In this document: positions 9,791 to 18,848 of the stretch, one piece after another
Position numbering within the stretch: the stretch's first letter is position 1
How the letters are laid out: each line of letters starts with the position of its first letter
DNA from: Hadesarchaea archaeon
Lineage (GTDB): Archaea; Hadarchaeota; Hadarchaeia; Hadarchaeales; Hadarchaeaceae
Assembly (NCBI GenBank): GCA_014361095.1
Contig: JACIWF010000001.1
Coordinates: forward strand, 1 to 46,372
DNA length: 46,372 nt
Direction: 5' to 3'
The notes under the pieces: generated by a model
What the model was told of the DNA's origin: nothing
The model's input: the letters and a program-made list of their open reading frames with translations, nothing else
The model's database searches: none
Made by a program: the position numbers and the translations under genes

Positions 9791-11479
9791 CTAGGTGAGT
9801 ATCGGTTCATCAAGCCTTCCCCCTGATGGCACCATCGGCAGCACGTGCTCGTCAGGGTCGATGGGTATATCGAGGACCGCCGGTTTTCCGCACTTCAACG
9901 CCTCCCTCAGCTTCGGCGCTATCTCGCTTGGCCTTGACGCTCTGTCCCCCCAAGCGCCGTAGGCCTCGGCAAGCTTCACGAAATCGGGGACCTTGCCCAG
10001 GTAGACACCAGAACGTCTTTTCTGATAGAAAAGATCCTGCCACTGCTTAACCATACCAAGGTAGCGGTTGTTGAAGATGCAGGAAACCACGTTTATCTTA
10101 TTTTCCACGACCGTGGCCAGCTCCTGGGAATTCATGAGAAAACTGCCATCGCCGGCGATATTGACCACATCGCATTCTGGCCGAGCAACCTTCACGCCCA
10201 TCGAGGCCGGAAATCCAAACCCCATCGTCCCCAAGCCACCCGAGGAGATGAAATGCCTGGGCTTTTTGACCACATAAAAGTGAGCCGCCCACATCTGGCA
10301 CTGCCCAACCTCGGTCACGATGATTGCGTCATCGTTGAGCACACTCATTATCTCCTTGATCACGCGCTGCGGTTTGATTGGCACCTCATCGTAGTCCATC
10401 CGCGGGGCCAGCTCCTCACGCATCTTCTTCACCTTCTGCAGCCAAGCGCTGGTTCTACCATGTTTTACCTGCAGCTTAAGCCCCTTTATTATCTCGGCAA
10501 GGGCGCGCTTGGCATCACCAACTATCGGCAAATCCACCCGAACGTTCTTCCCCAGTTCCACCTGATCGATGTCAATGTGGATGATCTTGGCCCGCGAGGC
10601 AAAATGACGAACGTCTCCGGTGGCTCGATCGCTGAACCTGACTCCCACTCCGAGCAGTACATCGCATTCACTCACGGCGATGTTGGCCGCCATGCGTCCG
10701 TGCATTCCGAGCATGCCGAGAGCCAGCGGGTGGTCCTCGGGGATCACGCCCTTGCCCATCAGCGAGGTCACCACCGGAGCACCCAACAACTCTGCCAGAG
10801 TAACAACCTCCGCTGAAGCCGAGGAGATGATGACGCCGCCGCCGGCATATATCACCGGCTGCTCGGCATCCACTAGCATTTTAACCGCCTTCCGGATATC
10901 CTCGGGGTTCGGGTCCAGCTTTATCACCTTTTGATAATTCACCTCGGCAGGAATTTTTAGGTCGGCTTTGCTCACCTGGACATCCTTGGGCAGGTCGATG
11001 TGCACCGGACCTGGCCTTCCCGTGGTGGCTGTTTTAAACGCGAGCCTGATAATAGCGGGAAGATCGACGACTTTTCGAATGATAAAGTTGTGTTTAGTTA
11101 TCGGCAGCATGATGCTCAGCATATCGGCTTCCTGAAAAGCATCGCTGCCCAGCACAGAGTTCGGCATTTGACCGGAGATGGCAACCACCGGCGAGCTATC
11201 CATGTATGCGTTGAGAATTCCGGTGGTCAGGTTGGTCGCGCCCGGGCCTGAGGTAGTAAAGCAAACACCTGGCCTGCCTGTGGCACGGGCGTAACCGTCT
11301 GCCGCGTGCGCTGCCGCCTGCTCGTGCCTGGTAAGGATGTGATGAATGTCGGTCTCATCATAAAGAGCATCGTAGACGGGGATGATGGCCCCACCTGGGA
11401 TCCCGAAGATATCCTTAACGCCTTCCGCCTTCAGAGCCTCAAAAAGCGCCTTCGCGCCAGTCATCTCGACCATTGACAC
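9791..11479 (-). CDS. ilvB: acetolactate synthase large (catalytic, ThDP) subunit
   Basis: 'GAKALFEALKAEGVKDIFGIPGGAI', 'RHEQAAAHAADGYARATGRPGVC' and the ThDP motif 'GDGSFLMNSQELAT...NN'. 562 aa. Confidence 0.95.
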   Translation of the reverse strand: MSMVEMTGAKALFEALKAEGVKDIFGIPGGAIIPVYDALYDETDIHHILTRHEQAAAHAADGYARATGRPGVCFTTSGPGATNLTTGILNAYMDSSPVVAISGQMPNSVLGSDAFQEADMLSIMLPITKHNFIIRKVVDLPAIIRLAFKTATTGRPGPVHIDLPKDVQVSKADLKIPAEVNYQKVIKLDPNPEDIRKAVKMLVDAEQPVIYAGGGVIISSASAEVVTLAELLGAPVVTSLMGKGVIPEDHPLALGMLGMHGRMAANIAVSECDVLLGVGVRFSDRATGDVRHFASRAKIIHIDIDQVELGKNVRVDLPIVGDAKRALAEIIKGLKLQVKHGRTSAWLQKVKKMREELAPRMDYDEVPIKPQRVIKEIMSVLNDDAIIVTEVGQCQMWAAHFYVVKKPRHFISSGGLGTMGFGFPASMGVKVARPECDVVNIAGDGSFLMNSQELATVVENKINVVSCIFNNRYLGMVKQWQDLFYQKRRSGVYLGKVPDFVKLAEAYGAWGDRASRPSEIAPKLREALKCGKPAVLDIPIDPDEHVLPMVPSGGRLDEPILT

Positions 11480-11516
11480 CAGGTATAAAGTTATTACTTC
11501 AAATCTTTAAAAACCA

Positions 11517-12284
11517 CTACATAAACCTAGCTAGAATTGAGACCCGATATTTCTTCCGCCCGTCTCTCGTCCTCCCGATGAGTTTCGCGCTTTCGAAGAC
11601 GGTGGCGCCAAACCTCTCCTTCAGCTGGGCCGCTATCCTCCTTCCCAAGCCCACCGTGCTGAGGTAATAGTCCAAACCCCCATGCTGCTCCTTGATGTCG
11701 GCAATAAAATTCATGGGGTCACTTTCCCCTAATTGAGCAACTAGTTTCTCCAGCTCCCTCTGAACCTGAAGTCGTTTCTCGCTTGAGGGGAAATCTCGGA
11801 GCTGTAGAATCGCCTCGTGATGCTTGGCCCTTTTCAACCTGCATGTCTCACAGGTAGTATATTTTAAGTTCAGTTTTGAGGCGAGTTCCTCAAACTTTGG
11901 ATTTTTCTGAAGTGAGTGAAGCCTGCCCAAAGCCCTAACGACCACGAGACCCTCCTCCGGCCGTGGCTCCACCTCAACCTGTAGTTTCGGTACCTCGACT
12001 GTTCTGAGAAGAAGCCTTCCGGAATCGGTGTAACTCACCACGCGAAGGGAATCAAACACCACCTGCCGCGCTGCGTCTTTGATGGGTTCCTGAGAAGACT
12101 GACGCTGCCATCTTCCACCCAGCCGGAAGGCCCCGCAATCTCTGCAGAGAACCACCTCGATCTCAGGCGGCAGCTCCAGCAGCGGCAGATCTGAAAAACA
12201 GCGCTGGCAGAGGCCCAGCAGCAGCGGGCCGGCGTCTTTCTCGAGCGCGCCACATTTGTAGCAAAATCTTCTCATCAGCACCAA
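11517..12284 (-). CDS. archaeal NMD3-family (60S export adaptor homologue) zinc-binding protein
   Basis: Paired CxxC clusters (CYKCG...CQRCF...CRDCG, and later CETCR) in the NMD3 N-terminal arrangement. 255 aa. An alternative start is at M4 (12275). Confidence 0.7.
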   Translation of the reverse strand: MVLMRRFCYKCGALEKDAGPLLLGLCQRCFSDLPLLELPPEIEVVLCRDCGAFRLGGRWQRQSSQEPIKDAARQVVFDSLRVVSYTDSGRLLLRTVEVPKLQVEVEPRPEEGLVVVRALGRLHSLQKNPKFEELASKLNLKYTTCETCRLKRAKHHEAILQLRDFPSSEKRLQVQRELEKLVAQLGESDPMNFIADIKEQHGGLDYYLSTVGLGRRIAAQLKERFGATVFESAKLIGRTRDGRKKYRVSILARFM

Positions 12285-12333
12285 TTCAACTGCCCCTTTT
12301 ATCTTAAACGCTGTTTCGGCGGTCTCAAACGAT

Positions 12334-12348
12334 AATTTATTAAATTTA
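12334..12348 (+). promoter_or_regulatory. TATA-box-like element for thrS in the divergent NMD3/thrS intergenic region
   Basis: AATTTATTAAATTTA is centred about 34 nt upstream of the TTG start at 12375. A second A/T block (TTTTATCTTAAA, about 12297-12308) faces the NMD3 gene. Confidence 0.45.
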
Positions 12349-12374
12349 CAAAATCAAGTTCCCGCGGTGCTGGT

Positions 12375-14234
12375 TTGCAGCTACTGCTCATACATGCCGA
12401 CTACCTCAAGTTCGAGGTAAAACAACGGACACCTGCAGCTGAGGAGATCAGGCCTGAACAGCGTTCGGGGCTAATTGAGGATGTGCTCGTCGTCTTCTCG
12501 GCCGCAGAGGAGGCCGACGAAGAAAACATCGAACAAGTGGCCAAAAATGCCGCTGAAGAGATCTCCAACCTCGCCAAAAAGGTTGAGGCCCAAAGGGTCG
12601 CCATCTATCCCTACGCCCACCTGAGTTCCTCGCTAGCCTCACCAAAGACTGCCATCAAATTGCTTGATGCCACTGCTGAGCAGCTCCGGAGGGGCGGCCT
12701 TGAGGTCCACCGGCTGCCCTTCGGCTGGTACAAAGCATTCACCCTAAGCTGCAAGGGACATCCCCTATCGGAACTTTCCCGCACCATCACCGCGGAAACG
12801 CCAGAAGCCGCAGAACCCGTTACCAGAGCCGCAACTAGCAAATGGATCGTCCTCACACCAGATGGTGAAGAACACGAGCTAAACCTATCCGATATTGAAT
12901 CCTGCCTGCCGCTGACGAAAAGCCCTCTGCTCAAGCAGTACCTCCTGAGCGAGGAGCTGGGACAAAAGCCGGGAGGCGAACCCGCCCACATCAAGCTGAT
13001 GAGACGCCTCGAGCTGGTGGACTACGAGCCGGCGAGCGACACCGGCCATTTCCGTTTCTATCCCAACGGCGCCCTCATCAAGGGGCTGCTGGAGGACTTC
13101 GCCTCACAGATCGCTGCTGAAATAGGTGCCCTCAGAATAGAAACTCCGGTCCTCTACCGCGCCGATGAGCCGGACATCGCCGAGCAGGCGGCCAGGTTCC
13201 TGCAAAAGGACTACAAGATCAGGCTACCCAACCGGACACTAATCCTGAGATTCTCCGGGGACTTTGGACTCTTCAAGATGATGAAGGGCACCCTGATGAC
13301 CTACAAACAGATGCCGGTGCGGGTTTTCGAGCTCTCCCCCTCCTACCGGCTCGAACAGAGCGGTGAAACGGTGGGGCTGAAACGGCTCAGGGCCTTCACC
13401 ATGCCCGACATCCACTGCTTCTGCCTCGACCTGAAGCAGGGGTTGGAGGAATATGAACGGCTCTTTGAGGTTTATGTCAGAATGGTCGGTTCCATGGGAG
13501 TTGACTATGCAGTAATCTTTCGTGTAGTTGAGGACTTTTATCGTCAGAACCGAGATTTCATCGTCCGGCTACTGCGGCTGGTCAACCGTCCGGCCCTAAT
13601 CGAGCTTCTCACCGAGCGAAAACATTACTGGATACTTAAACATGAATTTCAGATGATCGACTCAGTAGGAGGAAATGCCCAGCTCTCCACCATCCAGTTG
13701 GACCTCGAGGACTCGGAACGCTATGGCATTCGATATATTGATGAAAAAGGTGAAAAACGGAACTGTGTGATCTTGCATTCCTCCATCGGTTCCATTGAGA
13801 GGTGGATCTACGCAATACTGGAGGAGGCCGCCAAGGCCCAGATGGCGGGTGGCGCGCCCTGCCTGCCCCTCTGGCTCGCGCCGACTCAGGTGAGGGTTGT
13901 TCCACTTGCCAGCCGTCACCTAGATTTCTGTAAGGAGATCGCAGAGGTTATTGAGAAGAACCAGATAAGGGTTGACATTGACGATAGGGAGGAATCCGTC
14001 TCGAAGAAGATCAGGGATGCCGAGCGAGAGTGGGTGCCCTACATCATTGTCATCGGCGACAGGGAATTGGGATCAGAGAAAATTCCCGTTAGGGTCAGAG
14101 GGGAGAAGGAACTGAAATTGCTAACTTTAGAGGAACTCTCGGCAGAAATTAAGCGGCTTGTCCAGGGGATGCCCTTCAGGCCCCTCGCGATGAACCGAAT
14201 GCTTTCGCTGCGTCCGATCTTCTTCGGCGGGTGA
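12375..14234 (+). CDS. thrS: threonyl-tRNA synthetase, archaeal type with N-terminal DTD-like editing domain
   Basis: TTG start. 'MQLLLIHADYLKFEV...' is the archaeal ThrRS editing-domain N-terminus. Class II core blocks 'FRFYPNG', 'RLRAFTMPDIHCF' and 'LHSSIGSIERWIY' are present, plus a C-terminal anticodon-binding domain. Confidence 0.92.
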   Translation: MQLLLIHADYLKFEVKQRTPAAEEIRPEQRSGLIEDVLVVFSAAEEADEENIEQVAKNAAEEISNLAKKVEAQRVAIYPYAHLSSSLASPKTAIKLLDATAEQLRRGGLEVHRLPFGWYKAFTLSCKGHPLSELSRTITAETPEAAEPVTRAATSKWIVLTPDGEEHELNLSDIESCLPLTKSPLLKQYLLSEELGQKPGGEPAHIKLMRRLELVDYEPASDTGHFRFYPNGALIKGLLEDFASQIAAEIGALRIETPVLYRADEPDIAEQAARFLQKDYKIRLPNRTLILRFSGDFGLFKMMKGTLMTYKQMPVRVFELSPSYRLEQSGETVGLKRLRAFTMPDIHCFCLDLKQGLEEYERLFEVYVRMVGSMGVDYAVIFRVVEDFYRQNRDFIVRLLRLVNRPALIELLTERKHYWILKHEFQMIDSVGGNAQLSTIQLDLEDSERYGIRYIDEKGEKRNCVILHSSIGSIERWIYAILEEAAKAQMAGGAPCLPLWLAPTQVRVVPLASRHLDFCKEIAEVIEKNQIRVDIDDREESVSKKIRDAEREWVPYIIVIGDRELGSEKIPVRVRGEKELKLLTLEELSAEIKRLVQGMPFRPLAMNRMLSLRPIFFGG

Positions 14235-15421
14235 CCATGCAGCCTAAGCGGGTTGCCGCGTTAAGCATCATTACATTTGGTCTCATCAGCCTATTTGGGG
14301 ACATCATCTACGAGGGTTCGAGGAGCATCATCTCGCCCTTCCTCCTCAGCTTCGGTGCCTCCGCATTCGTCGTCGGTTTGATCTTGGGGCTGGGTGAATT
14401 CTTCGGCTACGCCCTCAGGATGATCTTCGGCATCCTCTCTGACAGGACAAGAGCTTACTGGACTATCTTTATCCTAGGATATTCGCTGCTGATAGCTGTG
14501 CCGTTGCTGGCAATTGCCGGCAGCTGGCCGCTGGCCATGATCCTCGTCTTGATAGAAAGATTATCCAAAGCGGTGCGGTCTCCGGCTAGGGACACCGTCT
14601 TCTCCTACGCCACCAAGGGAATGGGCAGCGGCAAGGCCTTTGGCCTCCACGAACTACTGGACCAAATAGGGGCGATAACAGGGCCGGCGATTGTCGCTGC
14701 GGTCCTTTTTGTGTCCGGCGAGAACTTCAGCGCTGCCTTCTCCTCCCTTTTCATCCCCTATCTCCTCATGACCATCCTGCTCCTCCTTACCTACCTCAAG
14801 CTCAGGCCGCTCGTCACGATACCATCAGTTAGTGAAAAAAGATCTATCTTCAAGGGGCTCCCAAACGAATTTATTACCTACTCGGTCTCAGTATCGCTAA
14901 ACGCGATGGGCCTGGTGTCAATTGGCTTGATACTCTACCGGGCCTCACCGGAAACCTTACCCTGGCTGGTGGCTCTCGTCTACCTGCTCGCCCAGGCCGT
15001 AGACGCGGCAACGGCACCATTAGCCGGCTATCTCTACGACCGGATGGGCCGAAAGCTGCTTTACTTCCCCTTCGCGCTCTCGGTCCTACCTTCAGCTCTG
15101 GTATTCATACCGGGGCTGGAATTCATCGTTCTATCGGTGGTTCTCTTTGGGGTAATTTTTGGGATGCACGAGTCCGTCTACAGGGCCGCGGTGGCGGATC
15201 TCACGCCCATGGAGCTGAAGGGATCGGCCTACGGTGTCTTCCACACCTTTTACGGCTTTGGTTTCCTCGTCAGCGGTGCTATTTTCGGCTTACTATTGGA
15301 CAACGACCTAGCCCTACTTGCAGTGCTATTTTCAATCTTGGTCCAGATCTCGGCGATGATCCTGCTGAGGAAAACGCTCAGCGGGTCCCGGCTGAACCCA
15401 ACGACAAGAACAATCTCATGA
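14231..15421 (+). CDS. MFS-type transporter (about 11-12 TM helices)
   Basis: Hydrophobic throughout. The loop 2-3 motif 'GILSDRTRAYW' resembles the MFS D-R-x-G-R-K motif, and 'YDRMGRKLL' is its second-half counterpart. Start is GTG 14231 (4-nt overlap with thrS) or ATG 14237. Confidence 0.8.
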   Translation: MTMQPKRVAALSIITFGLISLFGDIIYEGSRSIISPFLLSFGASAFVVGLILGLGEFFGYALRMIFGILSDRTRAYWTIFILGYSLLIAVPLLAIAGSWPLAMILVLIERLSKAVRSPARDTVFSYATKGMGSGKAFGLHELLDQIGAITGPAIVAAVLFVSGENFSAAFSSLFIPYLLMTILLLLTYLKLRPLVTIPSVSEKRSIFKGLPNEFITYSVSVSLNAMGLVSIGLILYRASPETLPWLVALVYLLAQAVDAATAPLAGYLYDRMGRKLLYFPFALSVLPSALVFIPGLEFIVLSVVLFGVIFGMHESVYRAAVADLTPMELKGSAYGVFHTFYGFGFLVSGAIFGLLLDNDLALLAVLFSILVQISAMILLRKTLSGSRLNPTTRTIS

Positions 15422-16583
15422 ACTGCGGTCCCTTTATCAGACCCAGCGAGCCCTTCGCGGCATCGGCCTCGGTAAACCTGAGTCCGTCGCCCTTTGCTCC
15501 CGGAACCAAAACAGCAAATGGTACCGGATCTGAGGTGTGAGATCTGACCTTCACTGGCGTGGGGTGGTCGGGCAAAACTGAAACGGCAATCCCTCTGCCC
15601 TTTTTGATGATCCTTCCCAAAAGGCGTCGATCCAGATCCTCTATGGTCCTTATCTTCATCTCAGCGTCGCCTGCATGACCGGCCTCGTCCGTTGCCTCCA
15701 CATGGATGAGGACCAGGTCACTTCTCTCCAAGGCCTTCAGCGCATAATCGGCTTTGCCCTCGTAGTTGGTGTCGTAGTAGCCGGTAGCACCGGGAACTCG
15801 AATGATTTCCATGCCGGCCCAAGCTCCAATGCCGTTGATCACGTTGACCGCCGAAATTATGGCCCCTCTAACCCCGTACCTTTTCTCAAAGGGTTCCAAA
15901 TCGGGGCGTCTGCCTGGGCTCCAGAGCCAGATCATGTTGGCGGGACTCTTGCCCTGCCTCACCCGCCTCTGGTTGACGGGATGGTTACTCAGAATATCCC
16001 GTGAAGCCAACATGAGCCTGTTCAGACTTTGGGAAACACTGTCGCTAGATTTTATGAGGTGCTCCGCTATTGGCTCGCCGACAATTTCATGCGGGGGAGA
16101 GCATCCTTCGCTAACCTCGGCATTCCGGAGGACGAAGATGTGCCGATAGCTCACCCCCAAATGGAACTCACCGAGTCCCAGCCTCCGCAACTCGCCGAGC
16201 AGCTGTACAGCCTCCTCAGTGGTGACGCAGCCGCCGGAGTAATCGACGAGCTTTCCACCCCTCTCCGTCACCAAGTTGCATCTGAAGGCAACATCTTTTG
16301 GACCAAGGTCGATGCCCATAGAACCGGCTTCAAGAGGGCCGCGCCCGGTGAAGTGCTTTTTCGGATCATAACCTAGGATGGAAAGGGCGGCGACGGCGGA
16401 ATCCTTTGCCATTCCCTGAGGGATGGTGCTGAGCATGCCCATCCTTCCCTCGCTGGCCAGATAGTCCATGTTGGGCTTGTGCGCCACTTCCAGAGGTGTC
16501 CTTCCGCCGAGTTCCTCAACGGGATAATCAGCCATGCCGTCTCCGACGACTATCACGAACTTTCTATCAGACAACCGGTTCAC
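15378..16583 (-). CDS. apgM: 2,3-bisphosphoglycerate-independent phosphoglycerate mutase, archaeal type
   Basis: 'FVIVVGDGMADYPVEELGGRTPLEVAHKPNMDYLA' and 'HVEATDEAGHAGD' (metal/phosphoserine superfamily blocks). 401 aa. Confidence 0.9.
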   Translation of the reverse strand: MNRLSDRKFVIVVGDGMADYPVEELGGRTPLEVAHKPNMDYLASEGRMGMLSTIPQGMAKDSAVAALSILGYDPKKHFTGRGPLEAGSMGIDLGPKDVAFRCNLVTERGGKLVDYSGGCVTTEEAVQLLGELRRLGLGEFHLGVSYRHIFVLRNAEVSEGCSPPHEIVGEPIAEHLIKSSDSVSQSLNRLMLASRDILSNHPVNQRRVRQGKSPANMIWLWSPGRRPDLEPFEKRYGVRGAIISAVNVINGIGAWAGMEIIRVPGATGYYDTNYEGKADYALKALERSDLVLIHVEATDEAGHAGDAEMKIRTIEDLDRRLLGRIIKKGRGIAVSVLPDHPTPVKVRSHTSDPVPFAVLVPGAKGDGLRFTEADAAKGSLGLIKGPQFMRLFLSLGSAGTR

Positions 16584-17341
16584 CTGAAAACCAGAAGCTC
16601 CTCATCGTAGCGTCTACCATCGTAAAAACTGCCCTTGGAAAGCCTCACCAGCTTTTTCCCGGAAAGGTATTCCACCAAAAGCCTCTCCACCTCCTCCAAG
16701 GGCTTTTCTCCCATCAACCAGTCTAGGGGGACGTTGACATTGACCGGGCGGGCGGGCAGGGCGTGCCGGGTCGTCTTGTGGGTGAAGACCATGCCCGCCA
16801 AAGCCGTCCTGATCACCTCCTCCTTGGTCGTCCTCGGCACAAGAAGGGCGGCGGGACACTTACCCGACCGAACCTGCCACTCGGCATCCTCCTCCATCTC
16901 ATAACCTATGTGGAGGCCCTGCTCCTCAGCAATGGCCTCAAAACGTTTCACCCATCTGTAGCTCTCCACAATGTCGGTCTTCGGTGCCCTGACCAAGTGA
17001 CAGTTTCTCGCCGTGAACAGGGCGGCAGTGGCCCGTCTGGCCTCAAGCTCCTTTAAAGCCGCCTCCAATGAAGAAGGCTCGACGCTCAGCCCCAAGGAAA
17101 TAAAAATATTCAAAAGCCTGGCATCGCTCACCCAGTCCCGGATCACGCGGTACCAGCAGCCCACCTGAATCCTCGGGCTCTGATAGTCAACCAGACAAGC
17201 GGGCAGATAGCGACATCCCAATTCCTTTAGGGCGGCTACGCGATGCATGCCGTCGAGCACCACAGAGGTGTTTAGGTCAACCACGACGGGATTTCTCACC
17301 TCGGCGTTTTGCTTTATGTCTAAAATAAGCTGATCCAGCAT
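16580..17341 (-). CDS. ParB/sulfiredoxin-fold protein, ADP-dependent free-serine kinase (SerK)-like; true N-terminus probably upstream of the listed Met
   Basis: 'VVLDGMHRVAALKELG...LVDY' is a ParB/Srx core. The C-terminal 'TTKEEV...VFTHKTTRHALP' block matches my recollection of Thermococcus SerK. There is a 4-nt overlap with apgM. The frame stays open and conserved-looking to 17512 (see findings). Confidence 0.6.
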   Translation of the reverse strand: MLDQLILDIKQNAEVRNPVVVDLNTSVVLDGMHRVAALKELGCRYLPACLVDYQSPRIQVGCWYRVIRDWVSDARLLNIFISLGLSVEPSSLEAALKELEARRATAALFTARNCHLVRAPKTDIVESYRWVKRFEAIAEEQGLHIGYEMEEDAEWQVRSGKCPAALLVPRTTKEEVIRTALAGMVFTHKTTRHALPARPVNVNVPLDWLMGEKPLEEVERLLVEYLSGKKLVRLSKGSFYDGRRYDEELLVFR

Positions 17342-17543
17342 CCGAGGAATTATCTCCTCATGGATGTAGACGCTGTCGACAGGCCTGATCCCGATCTCGA
17401 TTTCCAGCCCCTGCGCCTCGAGCTTGAACCCCAGAGCATCACCAATAGCATAGGTGTGGCTCCTTTCAAAAAGATAATGGAACCGGCTCTCAGTCGTCTG
17501 GCCCAGTCGTCCTCAGCCAGAGTGCCAAAACGGGAAGCAGCGA

Positions 17544-18488
17544 TCAGTCCCTTATGCCGGCCTCGGTTATCTGAAAAGTTGCGCTTTCAGGAGGCAATCC
17601 TGGATGATCTATCAGCTGTGCCGTTCTGGTGTTGGCCTTTCCCTTCCTGAGATATACGCGAGCGGTGACTGCATGCCCCAGCACGTGGCCGCCGACGGGT
17701 TTGGTTGGGTCGCCGAAGAAAATGTCCGGTCTCGCCTGCACCTGATTGGTCACGAAGACGGCGATGTCGTTAAGCTCTGCCAGCTTGTGCAGCTCGGCGA
17801 TGTGGCGCCCTAGCTTCTGCTGTCTCTCCGCGAGGGCGCCTCTTCCACAATATTCGGTGCGGAAAAGCGCCGTCAATGAATCTATCACCAGCAATCTGAC
17901 GCCGTCTTTCTTGGCAATTTCTGCGGCCTTCTCAGCCAGCAGCATCTGATGGTCCGTTGTGTGCGCCCTGGCCACGTATATTCCATCGAGGATTCTCTGA
18001 GGATCCTCGCCCAAAGCCATTGCCATCTGGGAAATCCTCTCAGGCCTAAAGGTGTTCTCGGTATCTATGTAAACTGCCTTTCCATTCAGTCCTCCCTGCT
18101 CAGGCGGAAGCTGTACATTAACGCAGAGCTGGTGGGCTATCTGAGATTTTCCGGAACCAAACTCGCCAAAGAACTCGGTCACTCCCTGGGTCTCAATTCC
18201 ACCACCCACTATCCTGTCCAGGCACTGACTGCCGGTGGTAACGCGACCGAGATGTTTTCTTCGCTCTAAGACCTCTATGGCCTTTTCATAACCCATCTTC
18301 GAAGCGTCTCGCGCCGAGTTTATCACCTTCATCGCCACCCTCAATCCTATCTCGGCGGCCTCCATCAGGTCACCAGTAGTGGCCACGGCGATGCTTTCAA
18401 TGGAATCATAACCGGCCGCGCGCAACTTCTCGGCAATCGCTGGGCCAACTCCTTCAAGCTCCTCAAGCTCAACCATTTTATCACTCAT
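17544..18488 (-). CDS. radA: DNA repair and recombination protein RadA
   Basis: N-terminal HhH '[20 protein letters not shown]', Walker A 'GEFGSGKSQ', and '[12 protein letters not shown]' Walker B. 314 aa. Confidence 0.96.
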   Translation of the reverse strand: MSDKMVELEELEGVGPAIAEKLRAAGYDSIESIAVATTGDLMEAAEIGLRVAMKVINSARDASKMGYEKAIEVLERRKHLGRVTTGSQCLDRIVGGGIETQGVTEFFGEFGSGKSQIAHQLCVNVQLPPEQGGLNGKAVYIDTENTFRPERISQMAMALGEDPQRILDGIYVARAHTTDHQMLLAEKAAEIAKKDGVRLLVIDSLTALFRTEYCGRGALAERQQKLGRHIAELHKLAELNDIAVFVTNQVQARPDIFFGDPTKPVGGHVLGHAVTARVYLRKGKANTRTAQLIDHPGLPPESATFQITEAGIRD

Positions 18489-18566
18489 TCAAGCCCTCGC
18501 TGTCTTTACTCAAGCGTCTTTTGAGGAGGGGGGCCACCGAAAGTATTGTTCAAAAACCCGGGGGGG

Positions 18567-18579
18567 ACAATATTTTAGG
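18567..18579 (+). promoter_or_regulatory. TATA-like box (ACAATATTTTAGG) plus GGAGGGG Shine-Dalgarno (18601-18607) upstream of lsm
   Basis: The A/T-rich box lies 33-45 nt upstream of ATG 18612. The purine-rich SD lies 5 nt upstream of that ATG. Confidence 0.35.
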
Positions 18580-18611
18580 CGGTGCTGACATCATTACTTC
18601 GGAGGGGTTTC

Positions 18612-18848
18612 ATGGAAGAGAATAACGAATCCCAAGATGTCGAAACCATCGCCGGCATCGAAAAACTGCTCAACACGGTGATCTTGGTCACGGCAAAGGA
18701 CGGCCGAAAATTTCGAGGCAAGCTGACGAGCTACGATGAACATATGAACATGGTCTTGGAGGACACCGAGGAGCTGACGGAAAAGGGACCAATAAAACAC
18801 AAGTTCGTCCTGCTGAAGGGCGGAAACGTTACTGATATCTCAACTTAA
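18612..18848 (+). CDS. Sm-like archaeal protein (LSm/SmAP)
   Basis: Sm1/Sm2 motifs 'VILVTAKDGRKFRGKLTSYDEHMNMVLED' ... 'FVLLKGGNV'. I prefer ATG 18612 (preceded by an SD) over the GTG at 18582. Confidence 0.88.
   Translation: MEENNESQDVETIAGIEKLLNTVILVTAKDGRKFRGKLTSYDEHMNMVLEDTEELTEKGPIKHKFVLLKGGNVTDIST

Noticed and set aside
17360-17650. 96-aa + strand ORF between the ParB-like gene and radA.
   Set aside because: It is antisense to the conserved in-frame extension of the ParB/Srx gene and to the radA 3' end. It has no motif.
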